Assembly: GCA_041690135.1 (NCBI GenBank)
Contig: JAWLHY010000011.1
Location: 224,001-288,000 of the forward strand
Source of the DNA: Armatimonadota bacterium
Lineage (GTDB): Bacteria > Armatimonadota > SYMT01
DNA: 64,000 nt
Direction: 5' to 3'
The notes beneath the pieces were generated by a model. The model ran no database searches. It was given only the letters and a program-made list of their open reading frames with translations, and was not told the origin of the DNA. The translations under genes and the position numbers were made by a program. Shown in pieces: positions 19,176 through 29,336 of this stretch; positions within the stretch are counted from its first letter, which is position 1, and every line of letters starts with the position of its first letter.

Positions 19176-22100
19176 ATGGAGATTCTGGAGCGCACGCAGG
19201 GGGGAACGGATTCGCTGGAAACGCGGACCCGCGACATCGGGCGGAAGCTGCTGGCGGAGGCACGGGAGCGGAAGAGCCACTTCTGGGCGCGGGAGCGCTG
19301 GGAAGAGGGTCTGCTGCGCAAGCTTATGGTGAACGAGCGGTTCCGCGTGCAGGCGCTGCGGTTCGTGGACGTGCTGCCCGCGCTCCGGGACGACGATGAG
19401 CTGGTCCGCCACCTGCGGGAGTACTTCGGCGACGACGAGCTGCCCCTCCCGGGGGCGGCGCGCTGGGGCATCGAGCGCGCGCAGGGCGGGGTGGCCGCGC
19501 ACCTGGTGGCGGCGGCGGTGCGGACCGCCATGCACGGGCTGGCGACCCGCTTCATCGGCGGCGCGGATGTGAAAGACGCCTCCCACTCGGTAGAGGAGCT
19601 GCGCCGCGACGGGATGGCCTTCACCCTCGACCTTCTGGGTGAGGCGACCGTCAGCGAGGCAGAGTCCGCGGAGTACCACGCGAAGTACCTGCGCCTGCTG
19701 GACGAGTTCGCCCCCCGCGTGGCGAAGTGGAAACCCAACCCCCTGCTGGACACGGTGAACGGTCGCCCCGCCCCGCGCCTGAACCTCTCCGTCAAGGTCT
19801 CCGCCATGTACTCGCAGCTCAGCCCGGTGGACCCGGAGGGCAGCGCGAACGCCGTGAAGGAGAAGCTGCGGCCGATCCTGCGGAGCGCCAGGGAGAAGGG
19901 CGCCTTCATCTGCCTCGACATGGAGCAGTACGACCTGAAGGAGATCGTGCTCCGTGTGTTCCGCGAGATCCTGATGGAGCCGGAGTTCCGCGACTGGCCG
20001 GACGCGGGCCTTGCCATGCAGGCCTACCTCCGCGAGACAGAAGGGGATCTCCACGAGCTGATCGCCTGGGTCAAGCGCCGCGGCACCCCCGTCACGGTGC
20101 GGCTGGTCCGGGGCGCCTACTGGGATTACGAAACGGTCATCGCGCGGCAGCACGGCTGGCCGGTGCCCGTGTGGACCGAAAAGTGGGAGACCGACCGCAG
20201 CTACGAGCGCTGCCTCCGCTTGCTGCTGGAGAACCACCCCCACATCGAAACGGCCGCCGCCACGCACAACGTCCGCAGCCTGGCGCTGGCCATGGCCCTG
20301 GCCGAGGAGTACGGCCTGGCGCCGGACCAGTTCGAGCTGCAGATGCTGTACGGCATGGCCGATCCCCTCAAGGACGCCGTGGCCCGCATGGGCCGCCGCC
20401 TCCGGGTGTACGTGCCGTTCGGGGAGCTGATCCCCGGCATGGCGTACCTGGTCCGCCGCCTCCTGGAGAACACCGCCAGCCAGTCCTTCCTCCGCATGGG
20501 CTTCGCCGAAGACGTCCCCGCGGAAGTACTCCTGGCTGCGCCGGGGTTGGAGGTTGGGGGACGGGGGGCGGAAGCTGGGAATCGGACCGAGGGCTCGGAT
20601 AGGGATGGAGACGGCCGGAGGTCGCCGGTACCGGGGCTTCAGCCGGTGGTGGCGGGTAGCGGGCAATTGACAATTGACAATGGTCAATTGTCAATTGTCA
20701 ATTCCCGGAGCCTTCCTCGCTTCCAGAACGAGCCCGTCCGCAGGTTCACCTCGCCGCTGGAGCGCGACCGCTTCGCGGCGGCGATCGAGCGGGTGCGGGG
20801 CGAGATGGGCCGCGAATACCCCCTCTGGATCCACGGGCGCGACCTGTGGACGAAGGAATGGCTCGAGTCGACCAATCCCGCCCGCCCGTCGGAGGTGGTG
20901 GGCAGGGTCGCCTCAGCGAACGAGAAGGACGCCGAAGCGGCGGTGATTTCGGCCGTGGCCGCCTTCGCCGAGTGGCGGGAGCGGCCGGTCCGCGAGCGGG
21001 CGGACTACCTGTTGCGGGCGGCGGCGCGGATGCGGGAGCGGCGGGACGAGCTGAGCGCCTGGGAGATCTTCGAGGCCGGCAAGACCTGGCGCGAAGCGGA
21101 CGCCGATATCACGGAGGCGATCGACTTCCTGGAGTACTACGCGCGCGAGGCCGTGCGGCTCTACCAGGTGCTGCCCCTCAACGCGCCCGGCGAGCGGAAC
21201 GACTTCTTCTACCAGCCGCGCGGGGTGTACGCGGTGATCCCGCCGTGGAACTTCCCGCTGGCCATCCTCACCGGGATGCTCTCCGCGGCCGTGGTAACGG
21301 GGAACACCGCCGTCCTCAAGCCCGCGACCCAAACGCCCGTGATCGCCGCCAAGCTGATCGAGATCCTGCGGGAGATCGGCCTACCCGCGGGGGTGGTGAA
21401 CTTCGTACCGGGGCCGGGCGCCGAGATCGGGGAGTACCTGGTCCGGCACGCGCAGGTCCACGGGATCGCCTTCACCGGCTCGCGGGCAGTGGGCACGCGC
21501 ATCTGCCGGGTGGCCGCGGAGATCCAGCCGGGGCAGGAGCACCTGAAGCGGGTCATCGCGGAGCTGGGCGGCAAGAATGCCGTGATCATCGACAGCGACG
21601 CGGACCTGGACGACGCCGTAATGGGAACCCTGGCCTCCGCGTTCGGCTTCCAGGGGCAAAAGTGCAGCGCCGCCTCGCGGGTGATCACCGTGGGCGACGT
21701 CCACGAACATTTCGTCCGGCGCCTGGTGGAGGCCGCGCGCAGCGTAACGATCGGGATGCCGGAAGACCCCGCCTACTTCATGGGCCCGGTCATCGACGCC
21801 CGTGCCTGCGAGAACATCCGCAAGGCCATCGAAGCCGGGAAGAGCGTGGCCACCCTGGCCCTGGAGACGGACGTCTCGCACCTGGGCGCCGGCTACTTCA
21901 TCGGCCCCACAATCTTTACGGATGTGCCGCCCGACAGCGCCCTGGCCCAGGAAGAGATCTTCGGCCCGGTTACGGCGATCATGCAGGCCCGCGACTTCGA
22001 CCATGCCCTGGAGCTGGCCAACGGCACCAGCTACGCGCTGACCGGCGGGGTCTACTCCCGCAGCCCCGAACACCTGGACCAGGCCCGCGCCCGGTTCAAC

Positions 22101-22313
22101 GTCGGCAACCTGTATCTGAACCGGAAGATCACTGGCGCCATCGTCGGCCGGCAGCCGTTCGGCGGGTTCAAGATGAGCGGCATCGGCAGCAAGGCCGGCG
22201 GCCCGGACTACCTCCTGCAGTTCCTGGAGCCGCGCACCATCACCGAGAACACCATCCGCCGCGGCTTCGCCCCCGAGTTCGATCAACTCTCGGCCGAACT
22301 CGGCGGCCTGTGA
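19176..22313 (+). CDS. putA: Bifunctional proline dehydrogenase / P5C dehydrogenase
   Basis: RBS AAGGAG; DLLGEA, LDMEQY, VRLVRGAYWDYE, ATHNVRS, YLVRRLLEN; PWNFPLAI, AELGGKN, GQKCSA, QEEIFGP, QPFGG. Confidence 0.96.
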   Translation: MEILERTQGGTDSLETRTRDIGRKLLAEARERKSHFWARERWEEGLLRKLMVNERFRVQALRFVDVLPALRDDDELVRHLREYFGDDELPLPGAARWGIERAQGGVAAHLVAAAVRTAMHGLATRFIGGADVKDASHSVEELRRDGMAFTLDLLGEATVSEAESAEYHAKYLRLLDEFAPRVAKWKPNPLLDTVNGRPAPRLNLSVKVSAMYSQLSPVDPEGSANAVKEKLRPILRSAREKGAFICLDMEQYDLKEIVLRVFREILMEPEFRDWPDAGLAMQAYLRETEGDLHELIAWVKRRGTPVTVRLVRGAYWDYETVIARQHGWPVPVWTEKWETDRSYERCLRLLLENHPHIETAAATHNVRSLALAMALAEEYGLAPDQFELQMLYGMADPLKDAVARMGRRLRVYVPFGELIPGMAYLVRRLLENTASQSFLRMGFAEDVPAEVLLAAPGLEVGGRGAEAGNRTEGSDRDGDGRRSPVPGLQPVVAGSGQLTIDNGQLSIVNSRSLPRFQNEPVRRFTSPLERDRFAAAIERVRGEMGREYPLWIHGRDLWTKEWLESTNPARPSEVVGRVASANEKDAEAAVISAVAAFAEWRERPVRERADYLLRAAARMRERRDELSAWEIFEAGKTWREADADITEAIDFLEYYAREAVRLYQVLPLNAPGERNDFFYQPRGVYAVIPPWNFPLAILTGMLSAAVVTGNTAVLKPATQTPVIAAKLIEILREIGLPAGVVNFVPGPGAEIGEYLVRHAQVHGIAFTGSRAVGTRICRVAAEIQPGQEHLKRVIAELGGKNAVIIDSDADLDDAVMGTLASAFGFQGQKCSAASRVITVGDVHEHFVRRLVEAARSVTIGMPEDPAYFMGPVIDARACENIRKAIEAGKSVATLALETDVSHLGAGYFIGPTIFTDVPPDSALAQEEIFGPVTAIMQARDFDHALELANGTSYALTGGVYSRSPEHLDQARARFNVGNLYLNRKITGAIVGRQPFGGFKMSGIGSKAGGPDYLLQFLEPRTITENTIRRGFAPEFDQLSAELGGL
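20661..20706. repeat. AT-rich heptamer palindrome inside putA
   Basis: GGGC(AATTGAC)2AATG(GTCAATT)3CCC, read in frame as GQLTIDNGQLSIVNS. Confidence 0.85.
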
Positions 22314-22664
22314 AGGAACTTACTCACCGCAGAGACGCAGAGTGCGCAGAGGTGGCGCAGAGGGAGAAAAGAGGAATGAGCGAAGAGCCGGCAAGATGGA
22401 GGAGGCGGTAAGGAGAAGGCTTAACAGGTAAACTGGTGTGAGCCAGGCTGTGGTTGCTCTTCTTACTCTACCTCCGGTAATCCGGCATCCATGAATGCCC
22501 AAACGTTCACCCCCATCGGATCTGTCTGATCCTGACCGATCCGACCGAACGCCTAATGCCTGACCGCCTGAATGCCCGATCGCCTGACCACCCGAACACC
22601 GGCCCGCCCGAAGGCCCGAACACCCGACCCCTATTACGCATTACGCTATACGGATTACTGACCC

Positions 22665-22997
22665 ATGCCCGCCGTCTCCGGTGACCGTTTCTCCAGTCAG
22701 AACATGTCCGACTGCGCCTTCTGCCCGCCGGAAGGACGCCGGTTCCGCACCACCCGCACCTGCAACGAGTGCGGGCGCCCCCTCTGCTTGATCTGCCGGC
22801 CCGCCGTGCCGAAGGCGCCGTTCCTCTGCCCGGAGTGCGGCGGTGGGCCGCGGGAGGACGCCATCCACCAGCCGGGCGCCGCCATCGAGCGGATCCGCGC
22901 GGCGGGGAACGCGGCCCCCTACTGGCTCACCGTGATCGAGCGCCGGCTCCAGGCCACCTCTCCCGCGGTGGTCGAAACGGAGATCGTACCGGAGTAG
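22665..22997 (+). CDS. Small Cys-rich putative zinc-finger protein
   Basis: CAFC, CNEC..LCLIC, CPEC (four CxxC); start may be 22704. Confidence 0.75.
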   Translation: MPAVSGDRFSSQNMSDCAFCPPEGRRFRTTRTCNECGRPLCLICRPAVPKAPFLCPECGGGPREDAIHQPGAAIERIRAAGNAAPYWLTVIERRLQATSPAVVETEIVPE

Positions 22998-23155
22998 GTC
23001 CTACCAACTGCACTTGGCTCGGCACGACTAAAAGAGCGGAGCACCAATACCAGTCGGCGCAGGCGGGTGCCCGGGTACCCACTTGTGGGTGTGGCGTTCG
23101 CGCCTTTTCAGCCTGCGACTTTGAGTCGCCTGTTTGAAGTCGGCGCGAATCCCGG

Positions 23156-23374
23156 CTACTGCGTACAGTAGCGGGCGCGGTAGGATGCCAGCCCCTCGCG
23201 GTAGGCATAGACCATGCCGACGGCGCGGGTTTCGCCGGAGCGGACCTGGCTTTCCGCCCGGCGCAGCATGTGGCGGAGCAGGCCCTCCCCATAGTCGGTG
23301 CGGCCGTCTTCCGCCGCATCGGTGGCCAGCCACAGGATTTCGAGTACGCGGTCCAGCTCCTCGTCGGTTCGCAC
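23156..23374 (-). CDS. Small helical hypothetical protein (paralog family member 1)
   Basis: GTG start with GAGAGAG upstream; gapless similarity to 39928..40242 and 43472..43696. Confidence 0.75.
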   Translation of the reverse strand: MRTDEELDRVLEILWLATDAAEDGRTDYGEGLLRHMLRRAESQVRSGETRAVGMVYAYREGLASYRARYCTQ

Positions 23375-23495
23375 GGCGGGCTCTCTCGGAATTCTGGACC
23401 GGGCGTTACACAGCAGGATGTGGCCCGGCACACGTTGGCCTACTCCAACTAAGACGCGCCTCCCTGCGGGTTGTTTAACTGATTTACGGGCAGGC

Positions 23496-24644
23496 TCACT
23501 CCGCCGGTGCGAGGTAGAGATCGTCCCGAAGCCGGAAGCTGACCTGTTTCCCGCCCGGCAGCCAGCGGAGGTCCCGCGGTCCGTGGCTCTCATCGGTCCA
23601 GCTCGCCCCGGCCGGTTCCCCCTTCTTACCGGAGGTGGAACCCACCTGAACCATCGTCTCGCCCCGCAGGCCGCTGGTCCAGAGCTCGAAGCGGGGAGGT
23701 GGTCCGGCGCTGGGCGCGCGGGGTTCCAGGATCCAGGCCAGCCGGTCGCCCGCCGGGGAGAGCGCGCACTCCACCACCCGGGAAGGGTCGGGCAGCCGGA
23801 GCGGGTAGCGGTCGAGTTGCCCCTGCTCGTCGGAGAGGTCTACCTGGGTGAGCGACACCGCCTCCACTTCCGGGGTCTCCCGCGCTTCGGCTGCGCTGCC
23901 GTGGCGGACCAGCAGCTTCTCTTCCGGGGTGAATCCGAGGGCGAAGCCGTCTTCCAGCGCCGGGGTCTCCACCGTGCGGTCGGCCTGGGGGCTGCGGAGG
24001 TCGTGGAGGTGGACTCGCCGCAGGTAGAAAAGACCCTCGCGGAGGTCGGTCTCCACCTCCGCCCACCGCTGCCCGTCCCGCAGCCACACGGCCTGGTTCC
24101 GGAGCGGGCTCGGCTGTCGCCACCGGCCGGTGGCTTCCCCTTCCAGGGTGGCCGCGTGCCAGAAGAGACGACCACCAAACCAGAGGAGCGACCGCCCCTC
24201 CGGGGAGAGCGCGGCGACGGGGGCCTCGTAGGTAAGCTCCGCTCCCGGCCGGCCGGCAACCGTCACCTGGGTCCGGTGGCCGCGCAGCAGCCCGCCGAAC
24301 GCCTCGTTGAAGCTCCGCAGCGGTTGTTCCTTGCCGGATTGGGTGTTCAGCACGGTGAGGCGGAAATGAGCCGGCGCTTTCGGGGCGGGGCGCAGCAGCA
24401 CAGCCTCCCGCTCCGACCGCCAGAAGTACGTCGCGTTCTCCCCGTCCGGCAGTTGTCCCACGTGCCGGACCACCCTCAGCAGGTCGGCGTCCGAGCGTCG
24501 CGGCTCGGCCGGCGGTGGCGGCGCGGCGGCCGGGGTGGCCGGCGGGGTGGTAACCCGCGGCGCCGGCCGGATCACCCAACTGGCTACCGAGATCCCCAAC
24601 AGGACCACTCCCAGCGCGATCCAGCCCCCGTTCCCGTGCTTCAT
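23496..24644 (-). CDS. Membrane-anchored hypothetical protein with TolB/WD40-like beta-propeller motifs
   Basis: N-terminal TM; LSPEGRSL, FTPEEKL, LSPAGDRLAW, WLPGGKQVSF. Confidence 0.7.
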   Translation of the reverse strand: MKHGNGGWIALGVVLLGISVASWVIRPAPRVTTPPATPAAAPPPPAEPRRSDADLLRVVRHVGQLPDGENATYFWRSEREAVLLRPAPKAPAHFRLTVLNTQSGKEQPLRSFNEAFGGLLRGHRTQVTVAGRPGAELTYEAPVAALSPEGRSLLWFGGRLFWHAATLEGEATGRWRQPSPLRNQAVWLRDGQRWAEVETDLREGLFYLRRVHLHDLRSPQADRTVETPALEDGFALGFTPEEKLLVRHGSAAEARETPEVEAVSLTQVDLSDEQGQLDRYPLRLPDPSRVVECALSPAGDRLAWILEPRAPSAGPPPRFELWTSGLRGETMVQVGSTSGKKGEPAGASWTDESHGPRDLRWLPGGKQVSFRLRDDLYLAPAE

Positions 24645-24872
24645 GCTTGCACCCCTCTCCCGTTCCTCTCCCCGAGTAGGATGCGAAGCGGGGGCGCCCG
24701 GTAGTTCCGTCCTTCACCGTGGAAGACTCACCGCAAAGGACGCAGAGGAGCGCGGCGCATGCGCCCGTATGGGAGGATCGCAAAGAAGAAAAGGAAAGTA
24801 GGGTGGAGAAGGATTCAGTTCCCGGCAGGAGTGACTCCCATGGAGTAAGGATCTGTCTGCGGAGCACAAGAT

Positions 24873-25460
24873 ATGCGGACCATGAAGCTGGGTGAAGCAC
24901 TGGAGAAGTTCCGAAAGGAGAAAGCCGCCGGGCGGAAGTCGCTGCCACAGGCGTTGGCGGAGCTGAGTGATGCCGATGCCGAAACCCGGCGCTGGGGCGT
25001 CCTGGCTCTCCGTCGGATAGGGGGTAAGGAGGCCGTACAGGCCCTGATCGGCGCCCTGGAAGATCCCGATCCGTGGGTACGGTCGAGCGCCGCACTTTCT
25101 CTGGGAATCCTGGAGGACCCGACCGCGTTCGAGCCGCTGTTGCGACACTATCGCAGCGACCCCTCGGGAGAGGTCCGTGCGATGTGCGGTCCTTACCTGG
25201 AACAGTACTCGGACCCGAGGGTAATCCCGGCGCATTTGGACGCCCTGCGCGACCCGGAGTGGAAAGTCGTGCAGGGTGCGATCATCGCCCTGGAAGCACT
25301 GAATGTGCGAGAAGCGGTTCCCAGTCTCTGTACGTTACTCGATCATCCGACGGCGAGCGTGCGCCGGGCGGCCTGCGAGGCTCTGCTCACCTTTGGAGTA
25401 CGCGATCCGCGGATCGTGAGCACCCAGGAAGCCCTGAACGCCGATCCCGAAACGACGTAG
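24873..25460 (+). CDS. HEAT-repeat (PBS lyase-like) protein
   Basis: LEDPDPWVRSSAALSLG, LRDPEWKV, LDHPTASVRRAACEAL. Confidence 0.85.
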   Translation: MRTMKLGEALEKFRKEKAAGRKSLPQALAELSDADAETRRWGVLALRRIGGKEAVQALIGALEDPDPWVRSSAALSLGILEDPTAFEPLLRHYRSDPSGEVRAMCGPYLEQYSDPRVIPAHLDALRDPEWKVVQGAIIALEALNVREAVPSLCTLLDHPTASVRRAACEALLTFGVRDPRIVSTQEALNADPETT

Positions 25461-25628
25461 CGCGAGGTGTTTGGGTCGGCGTTCGGCGGACTGCTCCTGT
25501 CCGAACTGGGTGAGGGTCCACCCCCGGCCGCGACCCGGAGTTCAGGACCTGCTCGCTCCGCCCCACGGCAAGCCGTCTGCGGAGACGCCGGAGTAGCGCC
25601 AGTTCATGCCTCTTTCAGGAGGAACCCG

Positions 25629-26675
25629 ATGTCGTACCTTTGCAACGCACGCTGGGTGATGACGATCTCCCGGCCGGGACCGGACGGAGGCCTTTCCGAG
25701 TACGTCGTGCGGTTTTGGCTACGGGCGGAGCCGTTCGCCCTGGCGACGATCCACAGTAACGGGAAGCGCACCTTAACGGATGCGCGCGGGACCCTTTATC
25801 TGCTTCCCGAGGCCGATCACTGCACCCTCTTGCCGGCGCCTCCGGGCGCGACCTTCCCACCGGCGGGAAATGAGCACGGCTTCCAGCCCTGGGGACCGCT
25901 GACCCCGGACGATCTCGAGCCGGGCGTGCGGTCCGCGGACGGTTTCGATTGGCAGCGAGACTGGGACGTCCTGGACGGCCGGAAGGTCATCCGCGGTCGC
26001 CTGGAACAGGTCACCGATACCGAACGATATGAAACCACCCTGTGGCTGGACCCGGTAACGGGGGTGATTCTGCGTGCCGAGCAGCGGGAAACCGACCCGG
26101 CCACGGGAGAACTCGTGTCGCGGAGAGTCGACTCGGACTACACCTACGGCGTGGAACTGCCGGAGGAGGTGTTCGCACTACCTCCGCCCGGTGTGCCGGT
26201 GGTCGTCCACGATAGCGACGTCACCCAGCGCCTGCCCCCTGCGGAACGAGATGAGATCGACCGGATCATTGCCCGGTGCGACGAGGGCTGGCGGAGGGGT
26301 GACCCCCGCCGATTCCGGGAAGCATGGACTTTCACCCGGGCCGGTCACCTGCGAAACCTGCCGGACCGCAGCCGATGGCTGGAGGCCGCGCGCGCCATGG
26401 CCGGGAGGCTGCAGCGGTGGGAGAGCCGGATCGTCTCTATCCGAGAATCAACCATGGTTCCCCTGCACTCCACCCAAAACCGGTTCCAGATGCTCCCTGC
26501 GGGTGCAAAGGGCGCACTGCACGTGAAAACCACCATCCAGTTCGAGTGGACGTCCGGCGTCAGCGGGAAAGTGGAGGCCACTTACTTTCTACTGAAACGG
26601 CCCAACGGCTACCGGATCGTCCACTGGTATTTCTTGCTGGAGCATGAGGGCGAGGCCGCCTCCCCATCGGAGTGA
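25629..26675 (+). CDS. Hypothetical protein (LolA-like beta domain plus NTF2-like C-domain)
   Basis: RBS AGGAGG; TTLWLDPVTGVILR..Y.YGVELPEEVF; C-terminal YFLLKRPNGYRIVH. Confidence 0.65.
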   Translation: MSYLCNARWVMTISRPGPDGGLSEYVVRFWLRAEPFALATIHSNGKRTLTDARGTLYLLPEADHCTLLPAPPGATFPPAGNEHGFQPWGPLTPDDLEPGVRSADGFDWQRDWDVLDGRKVIRGRLEQVTDTERYETTLWLDPVTGVILRAEQRETDPATGELVSRRVDSDYTYGVELPEEVFALPPPGVPVVVHDSDVTQRLPPAERDEIDRIIARCDEGWRRGDPRRFREAWTFTRAGHLRNLPDRSRWLEAARAMAGRLQRWESRIVSIRESTMVPLHSTQNRFQMLPAGAKGALHVKTTIQFEWTSGVSGKVEATYFLLKRPNGYRIVHWYFLLEHEGEAASPSE

Positions 26676-27125
26676 GAGGTTGGGAATGTTATCCGACGCG
26701 ACAAGAGAGCGTGTCGACCGCCTCGTGAACGAGGTGCAGGGGGTGGTCGAGCGCGTGGCCGCGCCAGGGCAGGTGCAGCTCTACCAACTCCGGAAAGCCG
26801 GTGTGCCGGAGGTGTTGTTTACGCCGGTGGTCGGAAGCCTGTCCGGCCCAGGCCCTGGCTAAGCAGAGCATGCACGGTGCCCGTTCCGTCACCCGACCCT
26901 TCCAATTCTCCTCCACGACTTCCCTCTCCCCTCCACTGTACGGGCCGCCACGTGTGAAACGCCAGTTTACACGTCCGTTAAGTCTTTGTTTCAGGTTCAC
27001 CGGCGCCTCAACTCCCGCCGTCTCGCAGCTATAGAGGGCATTGGAAGCGGGGAATGTTCGGCTTCGGCTCCCGCTTGCAGTCCTACGCTATCCGAAGCCG
27101 GCAGAGAAGAACGGTGTTGAGACTC

Positions 27126-27311
27126 ATGATTTCCGCTCGAAGGCTGCAGTGCCTCGGCGTTCTGGCCGGCCTGGCCGCCCTCACCCTGGTGGGGTGTGCC
27201 GAGAAGACGGCCGACCTCTCCGCCACGGGCCATAGCGCCGTCCCGGTGAACGCCCCCGCCGACGCCAACGCGGCGGCAGCGGGCGGCAGCGGCATGCCGC
27301 AGCCCCGCTAG
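27126..27311 (+). CDS. Small lipoprotein
   Basis: MISARR + hydrophobic stretch + LVGC lipobox; directly upstream of a DUF1559 gene. Confidence 0.65.
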   Translation: MISARRLQCLGVLAGLAALTLVGCAEKTADLSATGHSAVPVNAPADANAAAAGGSGMPQPR

Positions 27312-27359
27312 GGCCGGGTTCCGCCGGATCGTCCGTTCGCAACAAGAAGGGTGTCCTTT

Positions 27360-28010
27360 ATGATGCTACATCACACCAACCGGCCCCGGACACGGCGGGG
27401 CTTCACGCTGATTGAACTGCTCGTCGTCATAGCCATCATCGCCATCCTGGCCGCCATCCTCTTCCCGGTCTTCGCCCGCGCCCGCGAGGCCGCCCGCGCC
27501 ACCAGTTGCAAGTCGAACCTGAAACAAATCGGGATTGCGACCCAGCTCTACGCCCAGGACTACGACGAGCGGGTCGTCTCCGCCTTCATCTACTACTCCC
27601 CCTCCGACAACCTGGTCTGGTGGCCGGATCTCATCCGCCCTTACGCCAAGAACGAGCAACTCACGCTCTGCCCCAGCGCGCCCAATCCGCAGAATTACTG
27701 CACGAACTGGCGCCGGCCCGCTGGGATGGTCCCGCCTTCGGTTTGCTTCAATTACACCTTCCCCGACTGGTTCAACGGACGTGCGATGGCCGAGCTTCCG
27801 GTCCCGGCCGACACCATCCAGGGGGTTGACTCCAACAGCCACGAGTACTGGAGCTACGAGCAGACGGATGCCCCGATGAACCGCAGCACCTACACCCCGC
27901 GGACAGCCAAGCGCCACAGCGAGATGATGAACGTGCTCTACCATGATGGCCACGTGAAGGCGGTGAAACAGACCCGCCTCGGGGAGTGGACCATCGCCGA
28001 AGGCGACTAA
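27360..28010 (+). CDS. DUF1559 prepilin-type protein with H-X9-DG motif
   Basis: [29 protein letters not shown]; [10 protein letters not shown]; [16 protein letters not shown]. Confidence 0.92.
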   Translation: MMLHHTNRPRTRRGFTLIELLVVIAIIAILAAILFPVFARAREAARATSCKSNLKQIGIATQLYAQDYDERVVSAFIYYSPSDNLVWWPDLIRPYAKNEQLTLCPSAPNPQNYCTNWRRPAGMVPPSVCFNYTFPDWFNGRAMAELPVPADTIQGVDSNSHEYWSYEQTDAPMNRSTYTPRTAKRHSEMMNVLYHDGHVKAVKQTRLGEWTIAEGD

Positions 28011-28055
28011 AAAGCCGCAACTCCCGGACAAAAGGAAGGGCGAAGAAGGAAAGAG

Positions 28056-28090
28056 GAAAGGGCGAAGGGATCACTTCCCTTCGCCCTTTC
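28056..28090 (+). terminator. Intrinsic terminator
   Basis: AAAGGGCGAAGGGA/TCCCTTCGCCCTTT stem plus T-run. Confidence 0.7.
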
Positions 28091-28406
28091 TCCTATTGTC
28101 CGTCCGGAAGACCTGGAAGTTTCTCCCCTGGCACGTGAGTAATCAAGAACTTTTCCGATAGAAGAGTTCTTGATATTAGATGATAAATGCTCAAATCAAG
28201 TCCATAAGGAGCTGGAAAGGGGACGAATCTCCCCCCGTTCTGCATTTTTGCGGATGAAAGTCCCTCCACATCTGTTTCCGGGCGGGTATCTTGTTTTAGA
28301 TCACATCGTGTGGCAATCCGAGCCACGGATCCCCCCGCCTTGGCTGACCAGACATGCCGTCACCAGAGAGGGTACGCCTTTACCGGAAGATGCAGATGGA
28401 GGTCAG

Positions 28407-29186
28407 ATGGCGGAAGGACGAGAGGCAGTTTCGACTTCTCAAGAGCAGCTATGGCTGGAGTTCGTGCGTACCCGCGACTCCTCTCTGCGCGAAGTCCTCA
28501 TCAACCATCACCGGCGACTGGCGTATGCGCTGGCCCATCGTTTCCGGGGTCGTGGAGTGCCTCTCGAAGACCTGGTTCAGGTCGCCCTCCTTGGCCTGGT
28601 GCGCGCAGTGGATCGTTTCGACCCACACCTTTCTCCCCACTTTAGCAGTTTCGCGGTTCCGACGATCGTCGGGGAGCTCCGGCGCCATTTCCGGGACTGT
28701 TCCGGTAGCGTCCGCGTCCCCTGGCATGTGCAAGCGCAGGTTCGGTCTCTACACCGGGTAACCGAAGAGTTACTTTCGGTTATGGGGCGCCACCCTACGA
28801 CCTCGGAGATTGCCGTGGCACTCTCCATCTCGGATGATCAGGTTCTGGACCTCATCGCCCTGCGAGAACTGGCCCATCCGCTCCCGGAACACGACCCTCA
28901 TTTCGAGCAGCACCCGTCCCCCAGCTTGGAGGAGCTGGCGGGCCAGGTGGACCTTCGGCTGGCCGGGGTGGAGACGCGGGTCGCGGTGGCGCAGGCCCTT
29001 ACCGGCCTTCCCGTGCAACTCCGTCGCATTATCCGCCTGCGGTATCTGGAAGCGAGGAGTCAGCGTGAAGTCGCCGCGTTGCTGGGCATCTCGCAGATGC
29101 ACGTTTCCCGGCTGGAGAAAGAGGCCCTTACCTGCCTGAGGAATGAACTGGAGGTCCATTCTCCCCGCTCTCCTCCGCGGCCCTGA
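28407..29186 (+). CDS. SigB/SigF/SigG-family sigma factor
   Basis: RBS GGAGG; EDLVQVA..GLVRAVDRFDP, FAVPTIVGELRRHFRD, SQREVAALLGISQMHVSRL. Confidence 0.9.
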   Translation: MAEGREAVSTSQEQLWLEFVRTRDSSLREVLINHHRRLAYALAHRFRGRGVPLEDLVQVALLGLVRAVDRFDPHLSPHFSSFAVPTIVGELRRHFRDCSGSVRVPWHVQAQVRSLHRVTEELLSVMGRHPTTSEIAVALSISDDQVLDLIALRELAHPLPEHDPHFEQHPSPSLEELAGQVDLRLAGVETRVAVAQALTGLPVQLRRIIRLRYLEARSQREVAALLGISQMHVSRLEKEALTCLRNELEVHSPRSPPRP

Positions 29187-29288
29187 AACGACGGGGCTCC
29201 ATGGAACTGGAGGGGTCGGGGAATGCGACACCTCCCCACTTTGACGTTGATGACAGCGCACTCGGCAGTCGCAGACCCGTTCACGAAT

Positions 29289-29336
29289 GGACCTGCTCAG
29301 GAGGGGGCCTGCTCAGGAGGGGACCTGCTCAGGAGT
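29289..29336. repeat. 3 x 16-bp tandem repeat
   Basis: GGACCTGCTCAGGAGG-GGGCCTGCTCAGGAGG-GGACCTGCTCAGGAGT. Confidence 0.85.

Noticed and set aside
17973-20687. 904-aa minus-strand ORF (likewise 8953..10569, 36136..38775, 31189..32748 and other long overlapping ORFs)
   Set aside because: Antisense shadows of well-supported genes in high-GC DNA; no motifs
26689-26860. Minus-strand fragment ELHLPWRGHALD resembling an alpha/beta hydrolase C-terminus
   Set aside because: Too short and without a supporting upstream frame to call a pseudogene
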